From: Convolutriloba macropyga
Taxonomy: Eukaryota
Reading direction: 5' to 3'
Length of the DNA stretch: 64,000 bases
Assembly (NCBI RefSeq): GCF_964194025.1
Contig: NC_134471.1
Location: 31,496,001 to 31,560,000 of the forward strand
The notes beneath the pieces were generated by a model. The model was not told the DNA's origin, made no database searches, and was given only the letters and a program-made list of their open reading frames with translations. Below, in pieces: positions 62,590-64,000 of the stretch (positions are counted from its first letter, which is position 1; each line of letters starts with the position of its first letter). The translations under genes were made by a program, and so were the position numbers.

Positions 62590-64000
62590 AATCAAAGTCA
62601 TTAAGTTTTTAAATATTGTTCACTTATTTCTACAGCGCTGGCAATCACAGAACAGTTGCAAGGCAGATGTTCTTTTTAGAGTAATTTTTGTCAACGAAAA
62701 GTCACATCATTACTATTATTCTACTTTTCAGTTCCCAATTTCAACGTGTTTGTCCATTTTGTTTACAAGTCGACAGTTTTTGAAGAAGAACTCTCCTCAA
62801 CTTTTTCGATACGTTTTGTTCGAGCATAAAGATGTCATTTTTCGTTTTGCACAAATTCTGGCAGTTCAATGCAGTTCGAATCTTTTTTCATCATCCTTGA
62901 CAGAAGCATTATATTGTTTTGTTTAAGAAATATCGGCAATGACAAAATTTTCAGATGTCTCAGTTGGTTTTCATAACTGACATCTCTGAGTCCAGTGATC
63001 CATTTGACAGATTTCTTCTAGAATTTCTCAAGCTGTTTAAGATCAGTTCTTAATTGCGATATGCAAACGAAACCTTTCAACATCACTAGAGGAATTAAGG
63101 ACGTGTAGAGTCCAAGTTTGATCCTTGTTTGTACACCCATTTCAACATTCCTGCAAAGTAGGTAGAGAACTTTGTAGGCTTTCAATTAACCTTTCGACGT
63201 GCACGTTCTAAGTAAAGTCGACACATGAATTCCTAGTTCTTTCCATATCCCTTAGTTCTGTAGTCGGCCATCATTTAGTTTGGAGGACATATCTTTTCCC
63301 ATGAACCTATCTTTCTCGACTTTTTTCACTGCACGATCCATTTTATTGGTTCGCAACCAATTTTGAAATTCATCTTCATATACCTCCCATGTTTCTTTTA
63401 CGGTTGCTAGGAGGAATTAATCTGAGAAATTGAGGGCTTCGGCAAGTGATCAACAAAGATGCAAAAGAAAAGCGGGTCCAAGAGTGATCTTTGAGTTACA
63501 CCAATTGTCACTGTTAGTGTTCGTGATATTGTGTCCTCGAAGCGTACAAATAGTTTTCTTATCATTAAGTAAATGAAAAAGATCTTCAGTTAACGCCCTC
63601 CTACTGATATTCATACAAATTTCTTCAAGAGCTCGTAGTGAGTTACTTGATCCAATGGCTTAGAAAAATCTGTGTAGAACGCCACCACCTCAAATTTGGG
63701 ATCTCTGTCAGGGGCGTCATGTATCTTTTTAAGGAAGGATTGGTTGGGACCGAACAATTTCTTACAAAACCATGCTGATGCACAGTCACCATGCAGCAGA
63801 AGGGGATGTTAAATTCTATTAATAAGCACTTTCCATCTATATCCAGCAGTTAAGCTGGTGTGTAGTTTTTACAGATCTGTCACTTTTCCTGTAAATCGTT
63901 GAAATTACAGCCAATTTTCAGCATTCTGAGATTTTGCGCAAACTTTTCATATTCTTGAAGACTATGGAGAGAGTCCATTTCTTCTTCGCGACTTTGATAT
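62590..64000 (-). mobile_element. Degraded CR1/L2-like LINE ORF2 (RT to C-terminus), runs off the window end
   Basis: VVAFYTDFSKPLDQVTHYELLKK, LTVTIGVTQRSLLDPLFFCIFVDHLP (GVPQGS.LGPL.F motif), C-terminal QLFCDCQRCR. Confidence 0.8.

Overview
AT-rich, repeat-dense eukaryotic (most likely invertebrate animal) scaffold with three N gaps. It is dominated by one giant, decayed Ty3/gypsy LTR retroelement of about 22.2 kb on the minus strand (17766-39933). The element has LTRs of about 1 kb, a PBS, a long leader, gag (CCHC knuckle), PR-RT-RH-IN, and an env that resembles the chuvirus-G/herpes-gB-type class III glycoproteins. Between env and the 3' LTR lies an accessory region of about 7.7 kb. Manual translation shows that it holds two tandem paralogous families: a domain of about 75 aa ending in 'W-x-F-F', and RING-like Zn fingers. 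It also contains small hydrophobic ORFs and a GC-rich foldable RNA island. The rest of the window contains probable host exons on + (1-501, 11967-12329, 16104-16386, perhaps 43140-43562), two families of Helentron/DINE-like non-autonomous elements, MITEs, a 5'-truncated CRE-like non-LTR element with an 18-bp TSD, a second very degraded gypsy, a degenerate repeat cluster and CR1-like LINE fragments. All alignments and family assignments were made by eye; no searches were run.
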